Shown piece after piece: positions 44,998 through 58,400 of a stretch of 64,000 bases of DNA. The notes below the pieces were generated by a model, which did not search any database, was not told the DNA's origin, and worked only from the letters and a program-made list of their open reading frames with translations. How positions within the stretch are numbered: the first letter of the stretch is position 1; each line of letters opens with the position of its first letter. This stretch comes from the human T2T-CHM13v2.0 reference genome, Homo sapiens: the NCBI RefSeq assembly GCF_009914755.1, contig NC_060929.1; one strand, given 5' to 3'. The position numbers and the translations under genes were made by a program.

Positions 44998-45469
44998 ATG
45001 ATGGACCCCATCTTCCAGTTTCAACAGTCATTGATTCCTGGCCAATCTCACTGAATCCATGATCTCAACCATTCCCCTCCAATACAGATAATTTTGAAGC
45101 AAAACCCAGACCCATAATATCATAACTATTTTGGTATATACCTCTAAAAGTTAGGGATTTTCCTGCGTGAATCCTGAAGCATTGTATATCAAGATGGTGT
45201 TGACAATTCCTCAGTTGTCTCGTGTTTTCTTCAATGGGTTTATTTTGCTCAGGATCCAAACATGGTGTACATACTGCATTTGATTTAAATTCTCTAAATC
45301 TTAAATTTAGGGTTTCTTCCTTTCTTTCCTTGTAATTTATTTATTGAAGAAACTATGTTATCTGTCCTGTGTTCTACATTCTGGATTTTGCGTCTATCCC
45401 TGGAGTAATAGGTTAATCTTTCCCCTATTCCCATAAACTGGTGGTTAGATCTAGCAACAAAAAGCTCTA

Positions 45470-45665
45470 GACCAGGGGTGATTTTCCCCCACCCAGGAGA
45501 TACTTGGTAACATCTGAAGACATTTTTGATGGTCACAAGAGAAGTGCTATTGGCATACAGGCAATAGAGGCTAAGGATGCTGCTAACCATCTGAAAACAG
45601 GAAAGCCCCCTACAACAAAGAATTGTCTGGACAAAATGTCAATAGTGTCAGTGCTCCAGAGGCTT
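45470..45665. mobile_element. MER20-like DNA transposon relic
   Basis: 'ggggtgattttccccc', 'tgctattggcatacag', 'gaggctaaggatgctgctaaccatc', 'acaacaaagaatt'. Confidence 0.7.
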
Positions 45666-46882
45666 GTATCATCAAGTTCTTTTTTTTTTTTTTTTTAGCC
45701 AGGAGACACTTGATAAGTAATATCCTGTTCTTCTATTCAGATACATACCTGTCTGTTTCATTTTCACTGCTGTCACTTTACCTGCTCTTGGGCTCTTGAT
45801 TCCTAATAGACCCTATCCACAAGCTCCAGAGACATGAGGGACACTGGCCAAGTGCAAAACTTTATTTCTGGATAAAGCGCTTGTGTCCTATCCTGGTGAA
45901 CCCAATTACACTTCAACATTTATTGACCATCCACAACGTGCAGGATACAACAGCCCAGGAGAAGATGCAGAGCCTATGAGGAAACAAAGGCAAGTAGTCT
46001 AGAGACTGGGCAAACTAGAAAGAAACCTCTTGTCACTGCATACCCTAACCATGGAACAAGCAAGATGACAACCTCCTCTTTCTTTACTATTCCTCCCCAC
46101 CTAGCCAAATATCCCAGAAAATCAAAGTTTTCTTCACCAAGAGACTAACCCTTCAAGATACAAGTCAAAGCCCTAAAAGCCTATACTAATATTATGGATA
46201 ACTCAAAACGTAACTGCTTTGAGTTACTATGTTTTAGCAAATCTAAATACTAAAATGCCGGTATTTTTACATTTCTCTAAATACCAGAATATCTAAATTG
46301 TAATTTTGAGCATTAAAATCACTATATTTAAGGTATTCAGATTAACACTTAAAATATGCTTTTCTACTTTTAGCTCATGTAGTCAGTGATTTTCTTTAAA
46401 AAAAGTCTTAAAGCCCGTAAGACTTAAAAACTCTTCATACCTTAATGTAGAAAACTTAATAAGCCTTCTCACTGACTTATGCCCCAATCCCTTGAGTACT
46501 TTTAATGTTAAAGTCAAGAATAAAATGCCTTTGAAAAAATAAAATTGAACTATTCTTTAGTTAGACAACTCATTAGTACATTTACTCTTATCTCCCCCAC
46601 CATTATATTTAGGTGTTGCATTATCCCTGGGATCTTTTCTGCATAATTGTCTTAGTAGATGCTATTCTTAAGTATAAGGATGCATAAATAATATTGGTAC
46701 AATGGAATGAATTTAAGTGATTTAAATTCTAAATGTACATTATTTTCACAACTAAGCAAAATATATAACGTATCCTTAAACTTGTATTTGACAACTTTTT
46801 CAACTCAAGTGGATATTTTACAATAAAAATGTGTTACCTGGCTCTCTTTCTGCTTATTAAAAAGTGAAATCAATGTAGTAAA

Positions 46883-49431
46883 ACATGTAATATGATTTAA
46901 TGTACAGGGGCCATGAATGTAAATGCACAAGGAGTATCAAAAATATTAAGTCAAAATTATCTGAAGAGCCTACACTGACCAGGTAAGCACTTCACCCTGA
47001 TTTAATAACTAATCATTCTATGTCAAATGTTAACAGTGAATGAAGTCAACAGGGCACAGAATAATAATACACAGCAGTGGGGAAACACTTCTGAAACATA
47101 ACATTTTGTGAAAACTAGTTTTCAAATAATGACCCCTTGAGAGGGAAATAAGAAATGTTAAAAAGAAGAGGTAACAGTGGAGTAATTTTATTCACATAGG
47201 GTTGCGATTAAAAGGTTAACTCATTCAAACACATTTTTGCTATGCTAACATTCCTTTGCCTCTTATTCTTACAAATAAACCCCCATCACAGAGCAGAAAT
47301 GTTAGAAATTATATCACAAATGGAGCACAATAAGTATTTTTAAAACCTTTTAAAATATGGCTTATAATTTTACACAGCAAGTTACCTATTAATATGTTAC
47401 ATATTAACAGATCTATTTGGACAATCAGATTTCCTTGAGATTAAGGATGGAGTTGGCATTTTTCCTTTAAGAAGGCATTTTAAGGCCGGGCATGGTGGCT
47501 CATGCCTGTAATCCCAATACTGGGAGGCCGAGGCAGGCAGATCACAAGGTCAGGAGTTCGAGACCAGCCTGACCAACATGGTGAATCCCCATATCTACTA
47601 AAAATACAAAAAATTAGCCAGGCATAGTGGTGCCTGCCTGTAATCCCAGCTACTTGGGAGGCTGAGGCAGGAGAATCGCTTGAACCTGGGAGATGGAGGT
47701 TGCAGAGCCGAGATCATGCCACTGCAGTCCAGCCTGGGTGACAAAGCAAGACTCCGTTCTCAAAAAAAAAAAAAAAAAAAAAAGAAGGTATTTTAAGCCT
47801 GTTAGGGGAGGTTCTATAGTATGGAGCTTCTTTATAAAGTGGTATCTTATGTATATCAAAAAAAAAAAGCCAGATCAATCTCTGGGAAAACACTACATTT
47901 TAATGTATTTCTATCTGATATGTCATAAATTCTTTGCTATGAATGTCTACGCAGATACTTTAAGAAAAATTGATTCTCTGGATATACATCAAAACCTAGA
48001 TTAACTTTGTACATTAACATTTATTTTAAAAAATTGATAAGAACAACATGTTAAATATTGGCAAAACTAAGAGCACTCAATTCGACTATCCGTCCAGCTT
48101 TCACAGAATTTACTTCTGAGCCCACAAGACTCAAATTGTATAAGGATAGAGTCTGTTTCATTCATCAACATATCCAGCACCTGACATAGTTTAACATGGC
48201 ACAGAGTGGGTGTTCAATAAATATTTGTCAATGATTGAACAGAAATTTTCAGCACCAAATGAAAGAAACACATGACTTTGAACAACGGCACGAGAATACC
48301 AACTGTTTGATTATGCAACGACAGGATCTTTTGGCAAAAATTCTAGGATTACTTATAAGTAGATCAATAATTAGATAATAATTTCCTCCAAAAATAAAGG
48401 AATTCTCATGGGGAAAAAAAAAAAGTCCTAACATCTTATCCTAAAAGCTATTCTGTAAATCTTGGAATATAAGCTAGGTGAAAACCACAATACTAAGGAA
48501 GGCAATTCCAAAACTACTGTGTTTTACATATTTATTAAAGAATCCATTCTTTCTGATAATACTCCTAACACAGGTGAAGATATTTTTACAATATTTTACC
48601 AAACTCCTAATAGAAAATGTCTAATCAGTTCATCCTTTTAGTCCCTGAATCCATGTTTGAGCATTTTAAAGATGGAAGAAACCTGTAAGACTCATATCAT
48701 TTTAAAAAAATTGACTTAAAACACTTATTGGATAACTAATACATTTGTAACAGCATCATGATTTGTTTTGCTATCTGTATTTCACCCAGAACTGCTGAAT
48801 TACAGAATGAAACTCAAATGAAAGCATTCATCTATAATTTCAAAAATTATTATTTGAAATTTTTAAATCAATAGTCATAACATCATCGTGTTCCGAAATT
48901 AGAAAATTATTAGCACATATACAAACATATTTACCTATGTCAATTAGGTCAATGTCAGGATTTATCAAAATTCTCTGTCTTGAAAATTTTTTCAAAATCT
49001 TGGTTTTCAGGTACTATAAAAAATATGCACTAATCAAATGATATGTGTTCAGTTCTGACAATCCCACAATTAGGAGGAAAGGGAAGGAAAACACACTTAT
49101 ACAGTTAAGTTTCAAATCCTAAATATTTAGTCCTTTATTTAAGCCTGCCCCTCTAAATTTAAAAAGGTATCAGCACTCTTGGTTACCAATTGTAAGCAAT
49201 ATAAAAATTTCACTGGTATCAATTCTAATTGGTTCAGTCCATCCATTTTCTTATACAGTGAATGTCTTTTTTTCTATCAGAATCCAACAGAAGAATAATG
49301 CAAATCTCACTTCTGAGCCCACGGGCAAGCAGTCTCAACAATAACCAAAAAATGTCACTTTACGACTGGTAGTCTGTTTCTGAAGTAAAAATATTCTCGC
49401 CAGTAATCAAAATTTGTCATGAGGAAATCCT
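46883..49431 (-). other. NADK2: NADK2 3' UTR (distal end approximate)
   Basis: Follows stop at 49432; minus-strand poly(A) hexamers AATAAA at 48531-48536 and 48020-48025, ATTAAA at 46896-46901. Confidence 0.6.
47484..47783 (+). mobile_element. AluS element within NADK2 3' UTR region
   Basis: Dimeric Alu with long A tail; TSD aagaagg(c/t)attttaa at 47469-47483 and 47782-47796. Confidence 0.95.
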
Positions 49432-49570
49432 TCACTGTTCAAGAAGCACAGTTCGAAGCTCATCTTCTTTATTGATCATCATCGAAGCAATTGCACCATC
49501 ATTAAACTCAAAAGAAGTTCCTCCATCCACAACCATACAGGCATCCCAACAACGAGAACGAACACAAACC
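49432..49570 (-). CDS. NADK2: NADK2 (mitochondrial NAD kinase) last coding exon
   Basis: cctag|G GTT TGT...CAG TGA; VCVRSRCWDACMVVDGGTSFEFNDGAIASMMINKEDELRTVLLEQ*. Confidence 0.95.
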
Positions 49571-51828
49571 CTAGGCAGAAGGAAATATCTCATTAAATAG
49601 TAATAGTTTTCTTAATAGGTTATTTTAATCCTGGATTTTAACCTAGCAGATCATTTGGCCTCCATTTTAAAAATCAAGTTGTTCTCTGGTATGAGAAAAT
49701 TAGTCACTATGTAAATATATGGGTATATTATGAAGGTCTCAAAACGTTCAGGATGGCACCATTCGCTCAAGCATTTAGCAGTAAAGAAGTGCAGACCTGA
49801 CTGAACTCACAGGCTGTTTTCATATGATTAAATGCTGAATTACTAACATTACAAATATTAAGTATTGAATAAGAGTGTTAACTATTTTCATGTAAAATTT
49901 GTACTTAAAATTTTTACTTAAGTATAACACATATACAGAAGAGTTGGGTACATGTAATTATGTATACAGGTATACACCCAAATTATTAATGTACAGTTCA
50001 GTGAACACACTTATGATCACCCAACTCAGGAATCAACTCTTACCCAGCTTGCTGGAAGCTCCCTCACTGCCTTCTCCCAGTCACTATCCCTGCTCCCTCC
50101 TCAAGCATACGCACCTTCCTAATTTCTATCACTGCAGTAGTAATAGCTTTGTCTGTTCTTGAGCTTTATATAAATGGAAGAATATAATATGCACAGTGGT
50201 GCCTGTCTTTTCCTCAAAAGTATGTTTGTGAAATTCAGCCATATTAGTACATGTAATAGTAATAGTAGTGTGTTCATTTTTAATGCTGTATGAAATCACT
50301 TCTGTTATATGAAAACACCAAAATTTATATCTCTCTTCTACTATTCATGGACATTTGGGTTTTTGGCTATTGGGAGTAGAGCTGCTATGAATATTCTTGA
50401 ATGTCTTTGCGCACATATTTCTGTTGGTGCTTACATTTCTTTTGGATGTATACTTCAAAGGGGAATTATTGGATCACCGTGTATGCTATGTGCAGGTTTG
50501 CTAGGTAATTGCCAAACAATTTTCCAAGCTATATATTCCTAACAGAAATTTAGGAATATATAGAAAGTTGTAGTTGTTCCTCCTTGCCAACAATTGGTAC
50601 TTTAGCCATTCTGGTGGGTGTATATGGTAGCGTATTATGTAGTTTTAATTAGCATTTCCCAGATGAATAATAAGGTCAATCATGTTTTTTGTGTTTATTA
50701 GCCATGTGAATATCACCTTTTGTGAAATGCCTGACTTTGGCCATTTTTCTGTCATGTTGCCTGCCTTTTTCTTACTGTCAGTAGGAACTTTTATATACTA
50801 AATATTCTGGCTATGAGCCCATTGCTGGATATAGGTCCTGAAAATATCTTTCTCGCTCTGCCTTTTTGTTTTCTTAATGGTATCTTTGGATTACTGGCAG
50901 TTCTTACTTCCAGTGTAGTTCAATTTGTCAATCTTTTGTTGTTATAGTGCTTTTTATGACATGTTTAAGAAATCTTTTCCATGTCAAAATCACAAAGCTA
51001 TTCTCCTATTAGCAAAAACTTAAATATAAGTAGTATATATCTTTGAAGGAGTCTTTGTCGTCTCACCCAAACTGAGTACACATCTGTGGATTAATCAAAT
51101 TAACTCTCAAATGACAACATGAATGTTAAGATAAATTTCCTTATTTGTGTCTAACCTGGGGAAAAAATTAATTGTATGTCTATAAAAAGAAAATATGTAC
51201 ACTAAGGTCAGCAATTTGTTAATTGCTTAAGCTGTTTTCTGCTTGCCATGAGATAGATGACATTTTCTCCGAATTTTAGATTTTCTTGTTAATTTGGAAA
51301 ATTGGGGAACCTTTACAAAATAAGAAATTACATCCACTTTTTTATATCCTCTCTCCCCAAAAATAAAATGAAGCAAATTCAATAGGCAGGAGGTCACTTT
51401 TAGGGAAAACCTAGAAGAAATGAATACTATTCTAAAGGTTTATTGCTATGCAATCTAAGTTTTCTATCAGTGTTTATTGTGTTTTTATTCTACAGCTTAT
51501 GAAAAAGAAGGGGCTTTCTATTCAGCTTCTTTTACAATTATTGTGTCTTCGTTCATTTTTTAAAAACCAACAAATCACTGAAATAAATAACTGTACCCTT
51601 TCTAGTCACTTAAGTTTTAGCTTCTCTAAAATGGCACAATGAGTGTAAAAGAAAATATGATTTTAGCCGGGTTAGCATGATACCTTGTTACTTTCACAGG
51701 TTCTACTTTTCCTGCTAGATTAAGTTTGAATGAGCAAATTTAATGAAATTAAATAGTTTTCAAACCAAGTGGGCTTTGTAACAATGAAAGGGATGAAAAC
51801 AGTCAGAAGTCAGATTGAGGATGCTTAC

Positions 51829-51952
51829 TTTGAGGAGAAACAACGCTGACGACTGCTTGAGAAAACTCTATTTGCTATTGGTTCTCGAATACTGAAAAGT
51901 ATTTTTGGTTCTTCCGGACTGTAGAGCAGTGATTCATTATATTCATTTGTTA
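51829..51952 (-). CDS. NADK2: NADK2 exon
   Basis: ttgtag|TA ACA...TCA AA|gtaagc; TNEYNESLLYSPEEPKILFSIREPIANRVFSSSRQRCFSS; phases fit neighbours. Confidence 0.95.
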
Positions 51953-53258
51953 CTACAAAGAAAAAAAAATTAGCACACTCAATAAAAGATGGTCACTTCT
52001 GAGAAGGGCAAAACAAAAAATAGATGCCATCCCCCATTTAAATTCTGTTCCAAAAGTATATTTGGGAACAAGTTTCTTGAAACTCGTAACACATATTCCA
52101 TTAAAACACAGTAACAAAAAAACCTTATAAATAAGAATTAGGTACCATGATTTGCCCACAGAAACATACATCACCCACAATACAGTAGGAATAGGTACAA
52201 CTGGGGAAAAAGAAAAAAATAAAAAACACTAGCTTCAAAACTTGTAATTAAACAATAGAGGAATTAGATAGATGCACTCAAAAAAGGAACTTGAGTTGCC
52301 ATATGGCCCTACCAAGTTCTTTCCAAAATACCATGTCAAAGAGCTCATAACGATGATAATAAGCAAACAGCTTGATATAAAATGCAGTTTCAAACAATGA
52401 CAGGCAATATCCTTTCTCCAATACACCCCCATTACTCAACATATTTTCTAGAAATCTTTGGGACCTGCTTTCTCTCTAATCAAGAGGTACAGGAGGGCTG
52501 GAATACAAAGCACAAATTGGTTGAGAAAACTACAAAGATATCAGGCTTGAAAGTTTAGTTGAGTACTACATTAAAAAAATTAAAAGACTGTCAGATAATC
52601 TACCTTATTTATAAAAGTTTCATTTGAATTACTGACTTTAAAAAAAATCTAATTCACCCACAAAAATAAAATTTGGCTTCATGAGAACACACCACAAAAA
52701 AGCATGCTAGCTCTGAAGGAAATTTCAAGAGTAATTTCATAAATGTCTGTAACAGTGATTGCATCACTGGCATTCACTGTTGCTTCTGAAGATAGTCAAA
52801 TCTTGAAAGGAATGCCATTCATTAAAGTAAAGCTTTGGTATGTTCACTAAAAGAAGAAAGTCACAGATATTTTTATATATATATAGATATAATATAAATT
52901 AATATATATATACATCCTTAATTTATATATATACCTGATATAAATTTCAGTTATTTTATATATATTATTTTTTAAGTTGAATTATATAATTAAGAAGCAA
53001 TTACTATATATACCTAACTTTCCTTTGATACAGATTTACTGCTGGTGCTAATTCATGAACCATGATTAAAATAATCTTGTAGGTCTCAAATTGAGTGAAG
53101 GAGACCAGAATCCATTTTAGAAGGCTGAACGGGGCTTGAGAGATTTGCTTCTTTTTTCAAACTAATTTAGAGGCAAGCTGTCCCCCCAACAAAGGAGGTC
53201 TTATGTGGAAACCTAACAATAAAGATAAACTGACACTGTTCAAATATTGTATCAGGTT

Positions 53259-53515
53259 ATGTTCTCACTCATAGGTGGGAACTGAACAATGAGAACACAT
53301 GGACACAGGAAGGGGAACATTACACACTGGGGACTGTTGTGGGGTAGGGGGAGGGGGGAGGAATAGCATTAGGAGATATACTTAATGCTAAATGACGAGT
53401 TAATGGGTGCAGCACACCAACATGGCACATGTATACATATGTAACAAACCTGCACGTTGTGCACATGTACCCTAAAACTTAAAGTATAATAATAATAAAA
53501 TTAAAAAAAAGAAAA
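53259..53515 (+). mobile_element. 5'-truncated L1PA 3' end
   Basis: 'atgttctcactcataggtgggaa'...'tgcacatgtaccctaaaacttaaagtataataa' plus A tail. Confidence 0.92.
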
Positions 53516-54515
53516 AGATATTGCTAACTCATGTTAAGGTAACCAATGAGAATGAGGCCGTTCTGATAAATCCAAGCATTTGTGTTTATGGATGACAGTT
53601 GCAGTCTTACATGTGTCAATATTCACTTGGTGTCTATATATTTTTTGTCATATATGTTGAGAAAATACATAGGTTGGTAGATGTAACTTTAAACACATTT
53701 GGGTTTGGAGTTTTATAAAAAACAATCTAGCTTGAAATTTTAGGATATCCTTCAATGCAGAGAGCAAAAAAAGCTTTACTTTGAGGTGTGTACAAGAATG
53801 ATCCTGGTAGATAGTAGACTTCAGTGTGTTACAATCTGATATGCAAATCAAATGAATGTGTTTTTCAGTTTAAAAATTTAAATTGTTTTAAACAGAATTT
53901 AAAGAATACATTTGAAGAACTTCTACAAACACCAGCTAGATGATCTACTTTAACCCCCTCTTTTTACAACTGTAGAGGATCACAGCCTTGCCCAAGTTTC
54001 ACAGCTGATGTAGTAGATCTGGAAATGGAACCTACGATTTCAGATTTCTTCATAAGTATTCTTTCTCTAACAGCACTAATTCTCTTACAGGAATCGTGAG
54101 GTAATCAGGCAAAACTAGGGAGAAGAATGTTAAAAAGAATATTTGAGTGAATAAGAAGATAAGCACTCATAGCTCAGTGAATTCCATCTCATTCAGAGGA
54201 TATTAATGGCTTACTGAATTTAGCTATGCATTTCCTATTTGTGAGATAAGGATTTTTCTGTAATTCCCTATCCCCCAGGACATGTTTGCAGTTATACTGC
54301 TTTGACTTAAGAGTTATATTTCAGGGTTGACTAAAAATCACAACAAAAGTCCAACTTTAATCTTTATGTTGCTTAAAGACATTTAAGGGGATATTGTATT
54401 AAAAGCATGTTTGAGTAAAAAAAAGTACTTTGCTAATTAAACAACACTTCACACTATCATCCTTAAAACTGAAACAGAACTAAACTGTTAGTGATTATTA
54501 TCATTTGTCACTGAC

Positions 54516-54569
54516 CTTTCTCTACCAATTCTCTGTTCAATGGAAGACTCAAATTTCCTTGTCGTTTTG
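54516..54569 (-). CDS. NADK2: NADK2 exon
   Basis: caacag|CA AAA CGA...AAA G|gtcagt; KRQGNLSLPLNRELVEK; 54 nt. Confidence 0.92.
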
Positions 54570-54755
54570 CTGTTGAAAAAGGAAAGGGGGAAAATGTATG
54601 TTATAAATATATATATCTTATATATATATTTTCCTTGAAAAAGGGGGAAAAATGCTTAAAGTGTATATGTGTTATATATATATATGTTATTATGTAACAT
54701 AATAGCTAATATAAAACAACATGTATACATTATATAGCATATTATCATAAATAAA

Positions 54756-55372
54756 CAGTAGCCCCCCCTCGCCCTTATTAGCACTTTTGCTTTCCATGAT
54801 TTTGCTTTCTTCCAGTTTCAGTTACTGGCAGACAACCATGATACAAAAATATTACATGGAAAATTATAGAAATCAACAATTCATGTTTCAAATTGCACAT
54901 CATTCTGAGTAGCATGGTAAAATCTCACGCAGTCCTGCTCTAACCCACCTGGGATATGAGTCATCCTTTTGTCCAGCTTATCCATGCTGTACATACTACT
55001 GGCCCATTAGTCACTTAGTAGCTGACTGGGTTATTAGATCGACTGTCATGGTATCATAGTGCTTGTGTTCAAGTCACCCTTATTTAACTTAATAACGGCC
55101 CCAAGGCACAAGTAGTGATGTCGGCAAATCAGATATGCCAAAGAGAAGCCATAAAATGCTTCCTTTACATGAACAGGTGAAAGTTTTCAAAGAAAAAGGT
55201 CATATGCTGAGGTTGCTAAGATTTACAATCAGATATATGAATCTTCTATCAGTGATATTGTGAAGAAAGAAAAAGAAATTAATGCATAGTATAAGGGTTT
55301 GGTAGTATCCAAGGTTTCAGCATTCACTGGGGGTTCTGGAACTTGTCCCCTGCGGATAAGAGGGGACTACTC
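54756..55372. mobile_element. MER44/Tigger7-like DNA transposon derivative
   Basis: Terminal inverted repeats 'cagtagccccccc...cttat' and 'gcggataagaggggactact'; fills most of the intron. Confidence 0.75.
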
Positions 55373-55394
55373 CAATAGCTGTTTTGGTACTCAC

Positions 55395-55450
55395 CAATAT
55401 TTAAAACATCTTCTACAGCCTGAGTTGCAACCCTGTTAATATTGAATGAC
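55395..55450 (-). CDS. NADK2: NADK2 exon
   Basis: ttctag|G TCA TTC...ATT G|gtgagt; SFNINRVATQAVEDVLNI; 56 nt. Confidence 0.94.
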
Positions 55451-58400
55451 CTAGAAACAAAAATCACATAATTCTTAGTTTTAATTCTAAAAACATGCTA
55501 AAAATCAAAAAGGAATAACCTATTTAAAATATAGAAAATTCTTAGAAATTAGGAGGAAGTTCTAAATGAACAAAGTTAAAAACTGGTAAATAATGTGCTA
55601 GTATGGGTATGATGAGACAAGTATTTTCATACATTGATGGGAACAGAGATATTGCAGTTGGAGAGCAATTATGCACTATCAAAATTAAAATGAACATATT
55701 CTTCAATCTAGTAATTTAACCTAAAATATACCTCCATCTATAATACACAAAGATAGGTACAAAAATATTAGCTGAAATGCTGTTTATAACAGCAAAACAA
55801 CTCAAATAGGTACCCATAGAAAGCTGACTGAATAAATTATAGCTACTCATTGATATTAAAAATAATACAAATATATGTGCTGATATGTAAGGATAACCAA
55901 AATATTAAGTTAAAAAATAAAAGGTATCATATAGTGTATATGTTGTTTCATTTTAAAAACAAAAAATATATATATAGTATGACTCTAGAGATAAGTACTA
56001 GAGATATGAAATGAAAGGGAGACTAGCTTTTTGCTGTATACCCTTTTGTACTTTTTAACCTAGGCAAGTATTCTTTAAATTATAAAATAGTTTCCTTGAA
56101 GGTAAGAAATCTTTTACATGTGCAATGCCTTGCTTAACCACTAAAAAACAAGCATTAGTACAAACATGGATAACTTTTCAAAATAGTTCTGTCCCGGGGT
56201 CTATAAAGATCACTAAGAAAAGGTTGTTTTTTTAAAAAAATATATTCCCAGTAATTTTGAATTCTTCTACTGCCTCATAACTCTTCATACATGATCTCAA
56301 TATATAATCCCAAGGAACAGGAATAACATATGAGTCAACGCAATTCTAAATCTAAATTACTGGCTCTTAACGTTTTGGGGGAGTGAGAGTAAGAGATACT
56401 CTTATACCTGCTAACCCTGTACCCTTCATGTTTGGAGAAATGCAAAAACATGAGAATTTTTTTCTTAGGTCTACAACCTTCACCATTCTAAGAGTTCTCA
56501 TTTAAAATCAGACATAACCTCTACTACCAAACTGGAAGACAAACTGAGTATCACATCTTCATCAACTACTAAAGCTCCATCTCCTAAACATACATCTTCA
56601 TCCTTAATTAAGTCTGGTAGGGCAGCATGTATGGAGAAAAAGGACTGAGAATAATCTTAAGAAGAAACTAATTGAAACATATGGTGATCTGGCTCTGTAG
56701 TATTTCTCCCAGTGTATGGAGTAAACCTTATTCCCCACTGAACAGAGAACTGACAGGATAATGGGACAATTCAGAGACATTTGCTGTGTAATACCACCCC
56801 TATATCCTGTCTCCTGTGGAAGAATTTTTGGAGATGCAGAGACAGAATAACTATTCCCCAAACCTGTTTTTCTTCCTGAACGCATAGGTTATATTTTCTA
56901 GCTCTTCATGCCATATAGTCATGTGACTGAGTTGTAGCTAATGGAATCAGAGTGGACATGATAAACAATACTTCAAAGCCTGGCTCAGAGCCTCCCATGG
57001 GGACCCTCCATGCTCTTCCACCTTCTGTAGCACAGCAACCGGAGGAGCTATGTTTAGAAGGTGGTAGAGCCACGTGATGGAAGAACTCTGGCTCCTTCAA
57101 TAACCACTTACAGGAAGCCACTTGCCAATCAGGAATACTCACTGCAGACTTTACAAGAACAAGAAATAGACTTATACTGTGTTAAGCCACTGAGATTGGT
57201 GGTTTATCTTTTATAACAAATAGCTTACCATGAGTCATACATTTCCACATTTCATATTGAAAGCAAAGACTAATTAAAGAATTCCATACAAGAAAAAAAG
57301 CCCCTCTCTATCAAGAATTAAAAGAGAGAAAAATAGACTATCCTAATATTTTCTTTCCAATGATTCTTCAGAGGTCTATGGTTTACAGATAGGTTTAAAA
57401 TTTAAATCACGACTTCACCATTTATTAGCCACATAGCTTTGGGAAAGTCAGTTAACTTATGAAACTTTTTGGATTCTACTTATGAAAATAAAATCACCTA
57501 CTTCCAGAGTATTTGTGAGAATTTAAACAAGATCATCTAATTAGCTTGGAACAAAAAATGTGCTCAGAGATAGTAGTATGATAAAAACAAAAATTATTAA
57601 TGTATAGAAATATACAGCTTTTCCCCAGCCCCTCTGGCTCCTCGGCTTCTCTTCTCTTCCTACATTTTTTGAAGCAAAAAGGACAAAAGATGAATGGGAA
57701 TTGCAATCATAGCAAAAGAATCATCAGTAATGGAAGAGGGGAGAACATGTTAGATGCAAGCAAGCCGCATGGGGCTTGGTAGAGAAGAGACTGAGCAACG
57801 AAGGTGTCAGGGATAGGATATAGCTTGTGAGAAAGACTTTTATACTAGAGCACAGGAAATAATAGAAGACTTTAACAAGCAACATAGAGAAGGCTGAGAT
57901 TTTAATCTAACCCATACTTATCGAAATGCAACATCAACACAGGACTCAACTACTGGGTGCATGTGGGAGGCGAGGAATGCTTTAAAAGCATTGTAGTGGC
58001 TGTCATTCCTTATGCTCTGAAAGGCTGAAAACTTGAACTATCAAAATCTATCAAAATTACACCCCTCCCCAGACAGAAGCCCCATTGCCTCTAGCAGAAG
58101 CACTACTTCACTGGGATTAATTAGCAAATTTATCTTGATAATTCTTCAGTACAACGTAGTGACTTTTCTTTCAACTATGTGACCTCTATAGACACCTCAG
58201 AACCCCTCTCCCTCTCCATTTAAAAATTGACCTTCCCTTGTGAAGCAGCACAAGTAGTAATGACAGTGAAAAGGGCACTGATTTTGCAGTCCAGCACACC
58301 TGTGCTTATATCCAGGTTCTGACTCTTACTTCTTGTATAACTTTGGCCTAAATATTTATCCTTGCTAACCCTTAACTTACTCCTTTATAAAATGGGAATG

